A stretch of DNA of 64,000 nucleotides from an uncultured bacterium (lineage in GTDB: Bacteria > Krumholzibacteriota > Krumholzibacteriia > LZORAL124-64-63): contig CAVSZB010000008.1 in assembly GCA_963732385.1 (NCBI GenBank), positions 192,001 to 256,000 of the forward strand. Direction: 5' to 3'. Of the stretch, positions 29,901 to 39,072 are shown piece after piece. Under the pieces are notes generated by a model. That model searched no databases. It saw only the letters and a program-made list of their open reading frames with translations, and was not told the DNA's origin. The position numbers were made by a program, and so were the translations under genes. The stretch's first letter is position 1. The number at the start of each line of letters is the position of its first letter.

Positions 29901-30380
29901 GCAGGAAGACCGGCAGTTCGCGCCGCAGGTCGAACCGCGGCGCGACCTGCCGCCGGGTGACGAATTCGCAGATGGCGGCGTAGCCGTCCGCATCGCGCGC
30001 GAGCAGCACGGCGCGCGGCCGCCCCGGCACGAGCGAGCCCGGCACGAGCCGGGGGGGAAAACGGTGGCGTTGCCCTCTGCCCCGCCGTCGTCATCCGCTC
30101 CGCTCACGGCTCCGGCACGGGAAGATGGGCCCTGGGGGCGGTCGCCGGTGGGGAGGTCGGCGGCACGGTCATCGGTGATCTCGGCGCCGTGGATGGCGCG
30201 GATCCCCGCCGCTTCGCACGCCTTCTGGAAATCGACCGCCCCATGCAGGGCGTTCAGGTCGGTAAGGGCGAGGGCGCTCTGCCCGAGCGCCGCCGCCCTC
30301 GTCACGAGATCCCCGGGGCTGGAGGCCCCGCACAGCAGCGAGTAGTGGCTGTGGCAATGGAGGTGGATCATTTCAGGCAC
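26956..30380 (-). CDS. dnaE2: Error-prone DNA polymerase III alpha (DnaE2), interrupted by a -1 frameshift near 30054-30060
   Basis: ORF 30380-29859 gives PHP HLHCHSHYS..ALTD..GAE; ORF 30045-26956 gives LLARD, GRGSAAN, FERFL, PDIDLDF, HLGIHAGG, YAFCKAH, OB-fold FLTLED. Confidence 0.88.
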
Positions 30381-30422
30381 CCGGGCCGGGGGTGCAAAAC
30401 GGCCCTCCGGATGCCGAAAAAC

Positions 30423-30451
30423 AGGATAGGCGAAAATAAGGCGAAAATCAA
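30423..30451 (-). promoter_or_regulatory. dnaE2 promoter with a direct-repeat operator in the spacer
   Basis: Minus strand TTGATT-[TTCGCC-TTATT-TTCGCC]-TATCCT; spacer exactly 17 nt. Confidence 0.7.
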
Positions 30452-30624
30452 GCGGGAAAATGACGGCCGCACCCGAATCTCTCTAACGGAAGCCTTGGCA
30501 ACGATTTTTCGGCGTCGATTTGGCGCCGGGGCAGCGATCTGGCGCGGTAGCCGTCACGCGTATGCTTGCGACATCGCGACCTTGTGACCGCGCGCCGGCA
30601 AGGGCCCGCCGACCGGCTTCAGGA

Positions 30625-30867
30625 TCAGTCTTCCGGGGGTGTATCGGAGTCGCGTTCCAGATCCGCCAGCACGGTCAGGATCTCCTCCCGATGCTCGGGA
30701 GGGGCGAGGACGACTCCCCACCCCTTCTGCGTCTGGAACAGCCCGTCGTACGCCGAATCGTGGTAGGTCCGCAGGACGTGCGGAATTCCCTGGTCGGACA
30801 GGACCGCCTCCAGCAGCTGCGCCTGCATCTCGTCATTCAGGATGGCGATCTTTTCCAGCTTCTCCAT
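30625..30867 (-). CDS. Small DUF2007-like (putative signal transducing) protein, 80 aa
   Basis: GGAGG RBS; EMQAQLLEAVLSDQGIP..YHDSAYDGLFQ..GWG; seen only as the tail of a spurious long ORF in the track. Confidence 0.8.
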   Translation of the reverse strand: MEKLEKIAILNDEMQAQLLEAVLSDQGIPHVLRTYHDSAYDGLFQTQKGWGVVLAPPEHREEILTVLADLERDSDTPPED

Positions 30868-30983
30868 GGCGACAGCCTCCCTGGAGCCGGTGGCCCGGCT
30901 GTTGCGCGCCCGCGGCGTGGCTGTGCGGGGCGGGAGCACGATTCGCCCCGATTGTACCCCATCGAGACAGCGAGGGGGAGGAC

Positions 30984-33257
30984 TTACACCGCCCGGTCCC
31001 GCCCCCCGTCCAGCAGTCTCAAACTGTTGAAGATCACCGCCAGCGAGGCCCCCATGTCCGCCGCGATCGCCATCCAGAGGCTCGCTTCGCCGGCCACTGT
31101 CAGCGCCACGAACGCCCCCTTGACCACGAGCGCGAAGACGATGTTCTCGCGGATCACGCGGTGGACGCGGCGGGAGTGGTGGATGAGCCAGGGCAGGCGT
31201 GCGAGGTCGTCGGCGAGCAGGACGATGTCGGCGGTCTCGAGGGCGGTGTCGTTGCGCGGGGCGCCGCCGGGGCCGCCGGCGCCGGCCATGGCGATGCCGA
31301 GGGCGGCGGCGGCCATGGCGGGGGTGTCGTTGACGCCGTCGCCGACCATCGCCACGGGGCCGTACTTGTCGCGCAGCATCTCGAGGCGGCGGAGTTTGTC
31401 GGCGGGGAGCAGGTCGAAGGCGTAGCTGTCGAGGCCGGCGGCGTCGGACATGGCGCGGGCGGCGGCCTCGTGGTCGCCGGTCAGCATCACGACGGCGCGC
31501 ACGCCGGCGTCGCGCAGGCCGCGCACGGCGGCGGCCGCCTCGGGGCGCAGCGTGTCGGACACGCCGAACAGGCCGCAGACATGGCCGTCGGTCCCGAGCG
31601 CCACCACAGAACGGCCGGCGCGCTCCAGTTCGGCGGCGCGGGAATGGCCGTTGGGCGTCTCGCCGTCCCGGTCGTGCATGAAGCGGTGGCTGCCGATCCA
31701 GAAGCGGCGCCCCTCCACGGTCCCCTCGGCGCCGAGGCCGGGGCGGGCCGTCACGTCGATGGCCGGTGTCCAGATCACGCCGTCGGCCCGGGCGCGGCGC
31801 AGGACGGCGGCGGCCAGCGGGTGCGAACTGTGCTCCTCGAGGGCGGCGGCGCGGGCGAGCAGCTGGGCCGGCGTGTGGTCGGCGTCGAGGGTGACGATCT
31901 CCTGCACTTCGGGGCGGCCGCGCGTGAGGGTGCCGGTCTTGTCGAGCGCCACGGCGCGCAGGCGGGCCGCCGCTTCGAGGAAGATCCCCCCCTTGATCAG
32001 GACGCCGGCGCGGGCGGCCGTCGTCAGACCGGCCACGATGCTCACCGGCGTGGCGATGACGAGGGCGCAGGGGCAGGCGATCACCAGCAGCACCAGGGCC
32101 TGGTAGAACCAGTGGTTCCAGGCGCCGTGGCCGAGCAGCGGCGGCAGCACCGCCACGGCCAGCGCCAGCCCCATCATCGCCGGCGTGTAGACGCGGGCGA
32201 ACTTTTCCACCCACAGTTCGCTCGACGCGCGGCGTGCCTGCGCCTGCTCGACCAGGCGGATGATGCGCGCCAGCGTCGTGTCGGCGGCCGCCTTCGTCAC
32301 GCGCAGCTCGAGCGCGCCGTCGCCGTTGATGGCGCCGGCGAAGACCTCGTCACCGGGCCGCTTCGTGACCGGGATCGACTCGCCGGTGAGCGGCGCCTCG
32401 TTCACCGCGCTCTCGCCGCGGGTGACGACGCCGTCGAGCGGGATCCGCTCGTGCGGGCGCACCAGCGCGGTCACGCCGAGCGGGATCTCGGCGACCGGCA
32501 ACTCGATCAGATCGCCGTCGTGCGGGCAGAGGTAGCGGCCGGTGCGCGGCGTGAGCGCCACCAGGGCGGCGATGGCGCGGCGGGCGCGCCCCACGCTCCA
32601 GCTCTCCAGCAGCAGCGCGAACGCGAACAGGAAGGTGACGCTGGCCGCCTCGAGCCAGTCGCCGATGGCGAGGGCGCCGAACACGGCGATCGTCATCAGC
32701 AGGTTCATGTCGGGACGCAGGCGTCGGGCGGCCCGCCAGGCGCGCGGCGCGACGAAGCTGCCGCCTGCCACGATCGCCGCCAGGTAGAGCAGGCGGGAGA
32801 CGAGCGGCAGGGCGGCGCCGGCCGGCTCCGCCCCCGCCAGCGCGTGGCGCAGGCCGTGCGCGGCGGCGTGCGCCGTGAAACCGGCCGCGATGAGGGCCGC
32901 CGCGCCGACGCAGGCCACGATCCGCCCGCGGCGCAACCAGAAGCCCTCCTCGACCGGGCAGACCCCCGGGGCGCAAGGGTCGACCCAGGGGATGGCCTCC
33001 AGACCGGCCCGCGCCACGCCGCTTCGGACCGCCGCGGCGAATGCCCCGGCGTCAGCCAGGGCGGCGGCGGGTGGCGGCAGGACGGTCAGTTTGCCTGCCA
33101 GCAGGTCGAAAGCGAGGCCGGCTTCGCCGCAGAGGGGGACCAGTTCACGCTTGAGCAGCGCGACCTCCTCGGCGCAGTCCAGGCCGCGGATGCGGAAAAC
33201 CAGCGCTGGCGGTTGCAGTAGCGGCACGGGCCCCTCCGGTGACAGTCCTTCAGGCAT
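30984..33257 (-). CDS. Heavy-metal P1B ATPase (ZntA/CadA type)
   Basis: GLDCAEE, DMNLLM, TGES, CPC, DKTGT, SSHP, MVGDGVND, DMGA. Confidence 0.93.
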   Translation of the reverse strand: MPEGLSPEGPVPLLQPPALVFRIRGLDCAEEVALLKRELVPLCGEAGLAFDLLAGKLTVLPPPAAALADAGAFAAAVRSGVARAGLEAIPWVDPCAPGVCPVEEGFWLRRGRIVACVGAAALIAAGFTAHAAAHGLRHALAGAEPAGAALPLVSRLLYLAAIVAGGSFVAPRAWRAARRLRPDMNLLMTIAVFGALAIGDWLEAASVTFLFAFALLLESWSVGRARRAIAALVALTPRTGRYLCPHDGDLIELPVAEIPLGVTALVRPHERIPLDGVVTRGESAVNEAPLTGESIPVTKRPGDEVFAGAINGDGALELRVTKAAADTTLARIIRLVEQAQARRASSELWVEKFARVYTPAMMGLALAVAVLPPLLGHGAWNHWFYQALVLLVIACPCALVIATPVSIVAGLTTAARAGVLIKGGIFLEAAARLRAVALDKTGTLTRGRPEVQEIVTLDADHTPAQLLARAAALEEHSSHPLAAAVLRRARADGVIWTPAIDVTARPGLGAEGTVEGRRFWIGSHRFMHDRDGETPNGHSRAAELERAGRSVVALGTDGHVCGLFGVSDTLRPEAAAAVRGLRDAGVRAVVMLTGDHEAAARAMSDAAGLDSYAFDLLPADKLRRLEMLRDKYGPVAMVGDGVNDTPAMAAAALGIAMAGAGGPGGAPRNDTALETADIVLLADDLARLPWLIHHSRRVHRVIRENIVFALVVKGAFVALTVAGEASLWMAIAADMGASLAVIFNSLRLLDGGRDRAV

Positions 33258-33408
33258 GGTACCGGGGGGGATCGGTGCCGGCAAGCGGGGGCCTGGCGGC
33301 GCTGCCGGTCTGGCCGGGAGGGGTCGGCAGGGAGTATAATGGATGGGCAGTAATCGGCCGGCGTTCGTGGCTGGCTCCGGTCTGGTGACGACGAAAGGAC
33401 TCCCCCCG

Positions 33409-35991
33409 ATGTGGCACGGCCACCCGGTCGCGGCGCGGCGCGCCGCCGCCCCGCTCGTCTGCCTGCTCCTGCTCCCCTCGCTGGCTCTGGCGGCGGCGGT
33501 CGCCCCTCTGGACGCGGCGGGCCGACCGCAGTGGGTGGCGCGGGTCTGGAACGACTTCCCGGTGCGCATCGAACTGCCGGACCAGGCGGCGCTGGCTGTC
33601 CTGCTGGCGCGGGTTCCGGTGGCGTCGTTCGATCGCGAACAGGTGGCGCTCGTGGCTGCCGGGCCGAAGTCGCGCCGCGTGGTGTGGCAGCCGCGGGTGA
33701 CGGAGGCGGAGGCGTCGGCGCTGACGGCCGCCGGAGTCCCCTTTACGCGGCTGCGCGACCTCGACCGCGAGGGGCGCGAGGCGGCCGAGACGGCGTGGGT
33801 GGCGCAGGCCGCGGGGATCGCGCCGCAGCCGCTCGCCGGCGAGAAGGGGATCTACCACACGCAGGTCCAGATCGGGCAGATCCTGCAGCAGGCGCAGCTC
33901 GACCATCCGGCCATCGCCGCCTGCTACAGCCTGGGCAACTCCATCCAGGGCCGGCCGCTCCAGGCGATCGTGATCTCCGACCAGGTCGGCGTGGAGGAGG
34001 CCGAGCCGGAGGTGCGGCTCGCCGCGACGATCCACGGCGACGAGCCGGTGCAGATGGAGAACCTGGTCACGCTCGTGGAGTACCTGACCAACAACTACGG
34101 CGTCGATCCGGTCGTGACCGATCTGGTCGACCACACCGAGATCCACATCGTGCCGTGCCTCAACCCCGACGGCAACGTGGCCGGCTCGCGCTATAACGCG
34201 AACGGCCAGGACCTCAACCGCAATTTTCCGGTGCCCGACGGCTCGCCCGGCGACGACGGCAGCTACGTCGAGGAGCTCGAAACGGTTCTCGTGAAGAATC
34301 ACGGCGCCGCGCATCACTTCGTCCTCAGCGAGGTGGGGCACGGCGGCGCGCTCGTGGCCAACTATCTGTGGGACTATACCTACACGCGGACGTCCGACGA
34401 CGCGGGGCTCCAGAAGACGGCGCTCGAGTACAGCCAGTACAACCTGCCGATGTACGAGAGCAGCTCGTTTCCGCTCGGCATCACCAACGGCGCCGAATGG
34501 TACGTCGTGCACGGGAGTCTGCAGGACTGGGCGTACCAGGCGACCGGCTGCTGGGATTTCACGCTCGAAGTGAGCGACGTCAAGACCCCGGCGGCCAGCC
34601 AGCTCGACGGGTTCTGGAACGACAACCGCGAGAGCCTGCTCCATTTCATCAAGGCGGCGCGCTACGGCGTGCACGGGCTGGTCACCGCGGCCGGCACCGG
34701 GCTGCCGCTGCCGGCCACGGTCACCGTGACCGGGATCAGCAAGCCGGTCGTGGCCGATCCCGATTTCGGCGACTATTACAAGCTGCTGCCGACCGGCGTC
34801 TACGAACTGACCTTCGCGGCTCCCGGCTGCACGCCCCGCACCTTCAGCGGCGTCGGCACGACCTGGGGGACGGAGACGGTGCTGAACGTGCAGCTGAGCC
34901 CGATCGCGTGGGGGGACGTGTCGGGCACGGTGTGCAATGCGGCGCTGGAGGGGCTGGCCGCCACGCTCACCGTCACGACCTGGCCGCTCGGCGGGCCGGT
35001 GACGATCCTGGCGGGCGACGCCGGCGCGGGGGGCGCCTACACGGCGCATCTGGCTTACGGCGAGTACACCTTCAGCGTGGCCGCCGCGGGGTACGCCGCG
35101 GTCACGCGACGCGTCACCCTGGATGCCGCCGCGCGCACGGAAAACTTCACCCTGCTGCCGGTGGAGGAGTCCGATCTCGTGGCCGATGATTTCGAGGGCG
35201 GCACGGGCGCCTGGACCGGCGGCACCTGGGGTCTCTCCACGGTGCAGGCGTACAGCCCGACGCATTCGCTGGCCGACAGTCCGCTGGGCAGTTACACGAA
35301 CAACGCGACGAACATCGTGACGCTCGCGCCGGTGGACCTGGCCGGGGTCACCGCGGGCACCGTCAGCTTCCGGGCGCGCTGGGACATCGAAGCGGACTGG
35401 GACGCGGTCTTCTTCGAGGCGTCGACCGACGGCGGCACGGTCTGGACGCCGCTGGCGACGGCCTGGACGCAGCCGGCCGCCGGCCAGGGGGGGCAGATCC
35501 CGGCCGGGGCGCCGCTGTTCGAGGGGACCCAGGCCGCCTGGGCGCAGAACAGCGTGGATCTGGCGCCGTGGCTCGGCCTGGCGGACGTGCGTTTCCGCTT
35601 CCGGCTGCGCAGCGACACGTCCCAGGTGTACGACGGCTTCTATTGCGACGACTTCGTCATTCACGTGGCGCGGCCGGCGGTGACCGGCGCGGGGGAGACA
35701 CCGCCCGCGGTGGCGCGGCTGGAATTGAGCGCGGCGCCGAATCCGTTCAATCCGCGCACCGAACTCCGCTTCACGGTAGCGACGCCGGGCCCGGTGTCGC
35801 TTGCGCTGTTCGATCCCCGGGGCCGGTGCGTGCGGACTCTGCTCGCCGGCGCCGAGTTGCCGGCCGGCCCCCATGCCGTGCGCTGGGACGGCGCCGATGC
35901 GCGGGGCGCGCGCCTGCCGAGCGGCGTGTACTTCGCGCGGATCGCCGCCGCCGGCGCTGCCCGCACCGTGAAGGTGGCGCTGGTGCAGTAG
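33409..35991 (+). CDS. Secreted M14 zinc carboxypeptidase with accessory beta domains and FlgD-Ig C-terminal domain
   Basis: HGDE, NPDG, RYNANGQDLNRNF, HGG, NGAEWY..GSLQDW, LEVS; PNPFNP..WDG..SGVY. Confidence 0.9.
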   Translation: MWHGHPVAARRAAAPLVCLLLLPSLALAAAVAPLDAAGRPQWVARVWNDFPVRIELPDQAALAVLLARVPVASFDREQVALVAAGPKSRRVVWQPRVTEAEASALTAAGVPFTRLRDLDREGREAAETAWVAQAAGIAPQPLAGEKGIYHTQVQIGQILQQAQLDHPAIAACYSLGNSIQGRPLQAIVISDQVGVEEAEPEVRLAATIHGDEPVQMENLVTLVEYLTNNYGVDPVVTDLVDHTEIHIVPCLNPDGNVAGSRYNANGQDLNRNFPVPDGSPGDDGSYVEELETVLVKNHGAAHHFVLSEVGHGGALVANYLWDYTYTRTSDDAGLQKTALEYSQYNLPMYESSSFPLGITNGAEWYVVHGSLQDWAYQATGCWDFTLEVSDVKTPAASQLDGFWNDNRESLLHFIKAARYGVHGLVTAAGTGLPLPATVTVTGISKPVVADPDFGDYYKLLPTGVYELTFAAPGCTPRTFSGVGTTWGTETVLNVQLSPIAWGDVSGTVCNAALEGLAATLTVTTWPLGGPVTILAGDAGAGGAYTAHLAYGEYTFSVAAAGYAAVTRRVTLDAAARTENFTLLPVEESDLVADDFEGGTGAWTGGTWGLSTVQAYSPTHSLADSPLGSYTNNATNIVTLAPVDLAGVTAGTVSFRARWDIEADWDAVFFEASTDGGTVWTPLATAWTQPAAGQGGQIPAGAPLFEGTQAAWAQNSVDLAPWLGLADVRFRFRLRSDTSQVYDGFYCDDFVIHVARPAVTGAGETPPAVARLELSAAPNPFNPRTELRFTVATPGPVSLALFDPRGRCVRTLLAGAELPAGPHAVRWDGADARGARLPSGVYFARIAAAGAARTVKVALVQ

Positions 35992-36036
35992 GATCGCGAG
36001 GGGCCGGCGCGGCGGCGAGGCAGCCGCGCCGGCCGA

Positions 36037-37830
36037 TCACACCACGTAGCCGCCCGCCTCGAGCACGCGCGCCGCGATGGCGTCGTGCAGCTTCGCGCGG
36101 TCGACCGGATCATGCTTCGTGAGACGGCGCAGGCCGGCCAGCGCCGTGCGCAATTCGTCCCCCTCCGACGTCATGGCGAGGACCTGTTTGCCCCAGATCG
36201 CGACGCGGTCGATGGCGTCGTGCGCGTAGAGGGTGAGCAGGTCGGCCATGCCGGCGGCCGCCGGTTCGCCGTCACGGGCGGCGCGCTTGCGAACGCGCAG
36301 CAGCGCGCTCTCGCAGGCGTAGGCCTCCATGATCATGTCGGCGGTGTCGGAGAGGATCTCCTGGTGGTCCTTGAGGGTGTCGCCGTGCTTCTGCGCGGCG
36401 AGGCCGAGGGCGGCGAGGATCGTCTTCTTCATCGCCGTGACGAGGGCCGCCTCCGCGTCGAGGAACTGCGGTGGAGCCGGCTCCGCGAACGACGGCAGCG
36501 ACATGAGTTCGTCGCCGACCCGTTTCGCGGCGGCGAACAGCGGCAACTCGCCCTTGAGGGCCTTGCGCAGGATCATGCCGGGGGCGAGCATCCGGTTGAT
36601 CTCGTTGGTCCCCTCGAAGATGCGGTTCACCCGCTCGTCGCGGTAGATGCGCTCGAGCGGGTAGTCGGCGCTGTAACCGTATCCGCCGAGCATCTGCACC
36701 CCCTCTTCGGCGGCGAGGGCGGCAGATTCCGTGGCGAACACCTTGATCAGCGAGCACTCCACGCTCAACTCGCCGATGGCGGCGATGGTGCGGCGATGGT
36801 AGTCGGGGGCGGCGCGGTCGAGCGCGACCACGGCGGCGTCCATCAGGCCGGCAGTGCGGTAGACCATCGACTCGGCCGCGAAGGTGCGCGCGGCGATGTC
36901 GGCCAGCTTGCGGCGGATCAGCGGGAATTCCGCCAGCGCGCGTCCGAACTGCCGTCTCTCCCTGACGTACGGCACCACGTGCTCCAGGACGACCTTGCAG
37001 CCGCCGACCGTGCCGGCGCCGAGCTTGAAGCGCCCCACGTTGAGGATCTCGAAGGCGATGACGTGGCCCCTGCCGATCTCGCCGAGCACGTTGGTTGCCG
37101 GCACGCGGACGTCCTCGAGGATGACCTGGCAGGTGGACGAGCCCTTGATGCCCATCTTGCGCTCCTCGGGACCGATGGAGAGCCCCGGCGTGTCGCGCTC
37201 GACGATGAAGGCGGTGAATTTGTCGCCGTCGATCTTGGCGAAGACGATGAACAGGTCGGCGAAGCCGGCGTTGGAGATGTACTGCTTGGTGCCGTTGAGC
37301 AGGTAGGCGGCGCCGTCGGCGGTCGGCGTGGCGGTGGTGCGGGCGGCGAGGGCGTCACTGCCGGAGCCGGGCTCGGTGAGGGCGTAGGCGCCGATCAGTT
37401 CGGCGTTGCCCAGGCGCGGCAGGTACTGCGCGCGCTGCGCCGGGGTGCCGAAATGGACGATCGGCAGCGTGCCGATGCCGGAGTGCGCGCCGTGCGTGAC
37501 CGTGAAGCTGCCTGACCAGGCCAGCACCTCGCTGACCAGCATGACGGTGGCCTTGTCGGCGCCCATGCCGCCGTGCTCCTCGGGGATGTCGATCAGGAGG
37601 ATGCCGGCGGCGGCGGCTTCCTGCATCATCCGGCGGCCGAGGCCGGTCTGCGCTCCGTGCTCGAATTCCTCGTAGTGCGGCAGCACCGAGCGGTCGATGA
37701 AGGCGCGGACCGTGGCGGCGATGGCGCGTTGTTCGTCGGAGAAGTCCTCGGGCGTGAAGATGTCGGCGGGGGAGACATCCTCGAGGAGGAACTGGCCGCC
37801 GGTGTAGGAAGACGAAGACTCGGTAGGCAT
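36037..37830 (-). CDS. fadE: Acyl-CoA dehydrogenase (FadE/YusJ type)
   Basis: YALTEPGSGSDA, GTKQYISN, KMGIKGSST, RQFG, GGYGY, RIFEGTNEINR. Confidence 0.92.
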   Translation of the reverse strand: MPTESSSSYTGGQFLLEDVSPADIFTPEDFSDEQRAIAATVRAFIDRSVLPHYEEFEHGAQTGLGRRMMQEAAAAGILLIDIPEEHGGMGADKATVMLVSEVLAWSGSFTVTHGAHSGIGTLPIVHFGTPAQRAQYLPRLGNAELIGAYALTEPGSGSDALAARTTATPTADGAAYLLNGTKQYISNAGFADLFIVFAKIDGDKFTAFIVERDTPGLSIGPEERKMGIKGSSTCQVILEDVRVPATNVLGEIGRGHVIAFEILNVGRFKLGAGTVGGCKVVLEHVVPYVRERRQFGRALAEFPLIRRKLADIAARTFAAESMVYRTAGLMDAAVVALDRAAPDYHRRTIAAIGELSVECSLIKVFATESAALAAEEGVQMLGGYGYSADYPLERIYRDERVNRIFEGTNEINRMLAPGMILRKALKGELPLFAAAKRVGDELMSLPSFAEPAPPQFLDAEAALVTAMKKTILAALGLAAQKHGDTLKDHQEILSDTADMIMEAYACESALLRVRKRAARDGEPAAAGMADLLTLYAHDAIDRVAIWGKQVLAMTSEGDELRTALAGLRRLTKHDPVDRAKLHDAIAARVLEAGGYVV

Positions 37831-37868
37831 GTCGGGCGCTCCGCTGTTGAGCGCGCTCTCGCGCGCGG

Positions 37869-39053
<1,185 letters not shown>

Positions 39054-39072
39054 GATTCCCTCTCCTGCCGGC

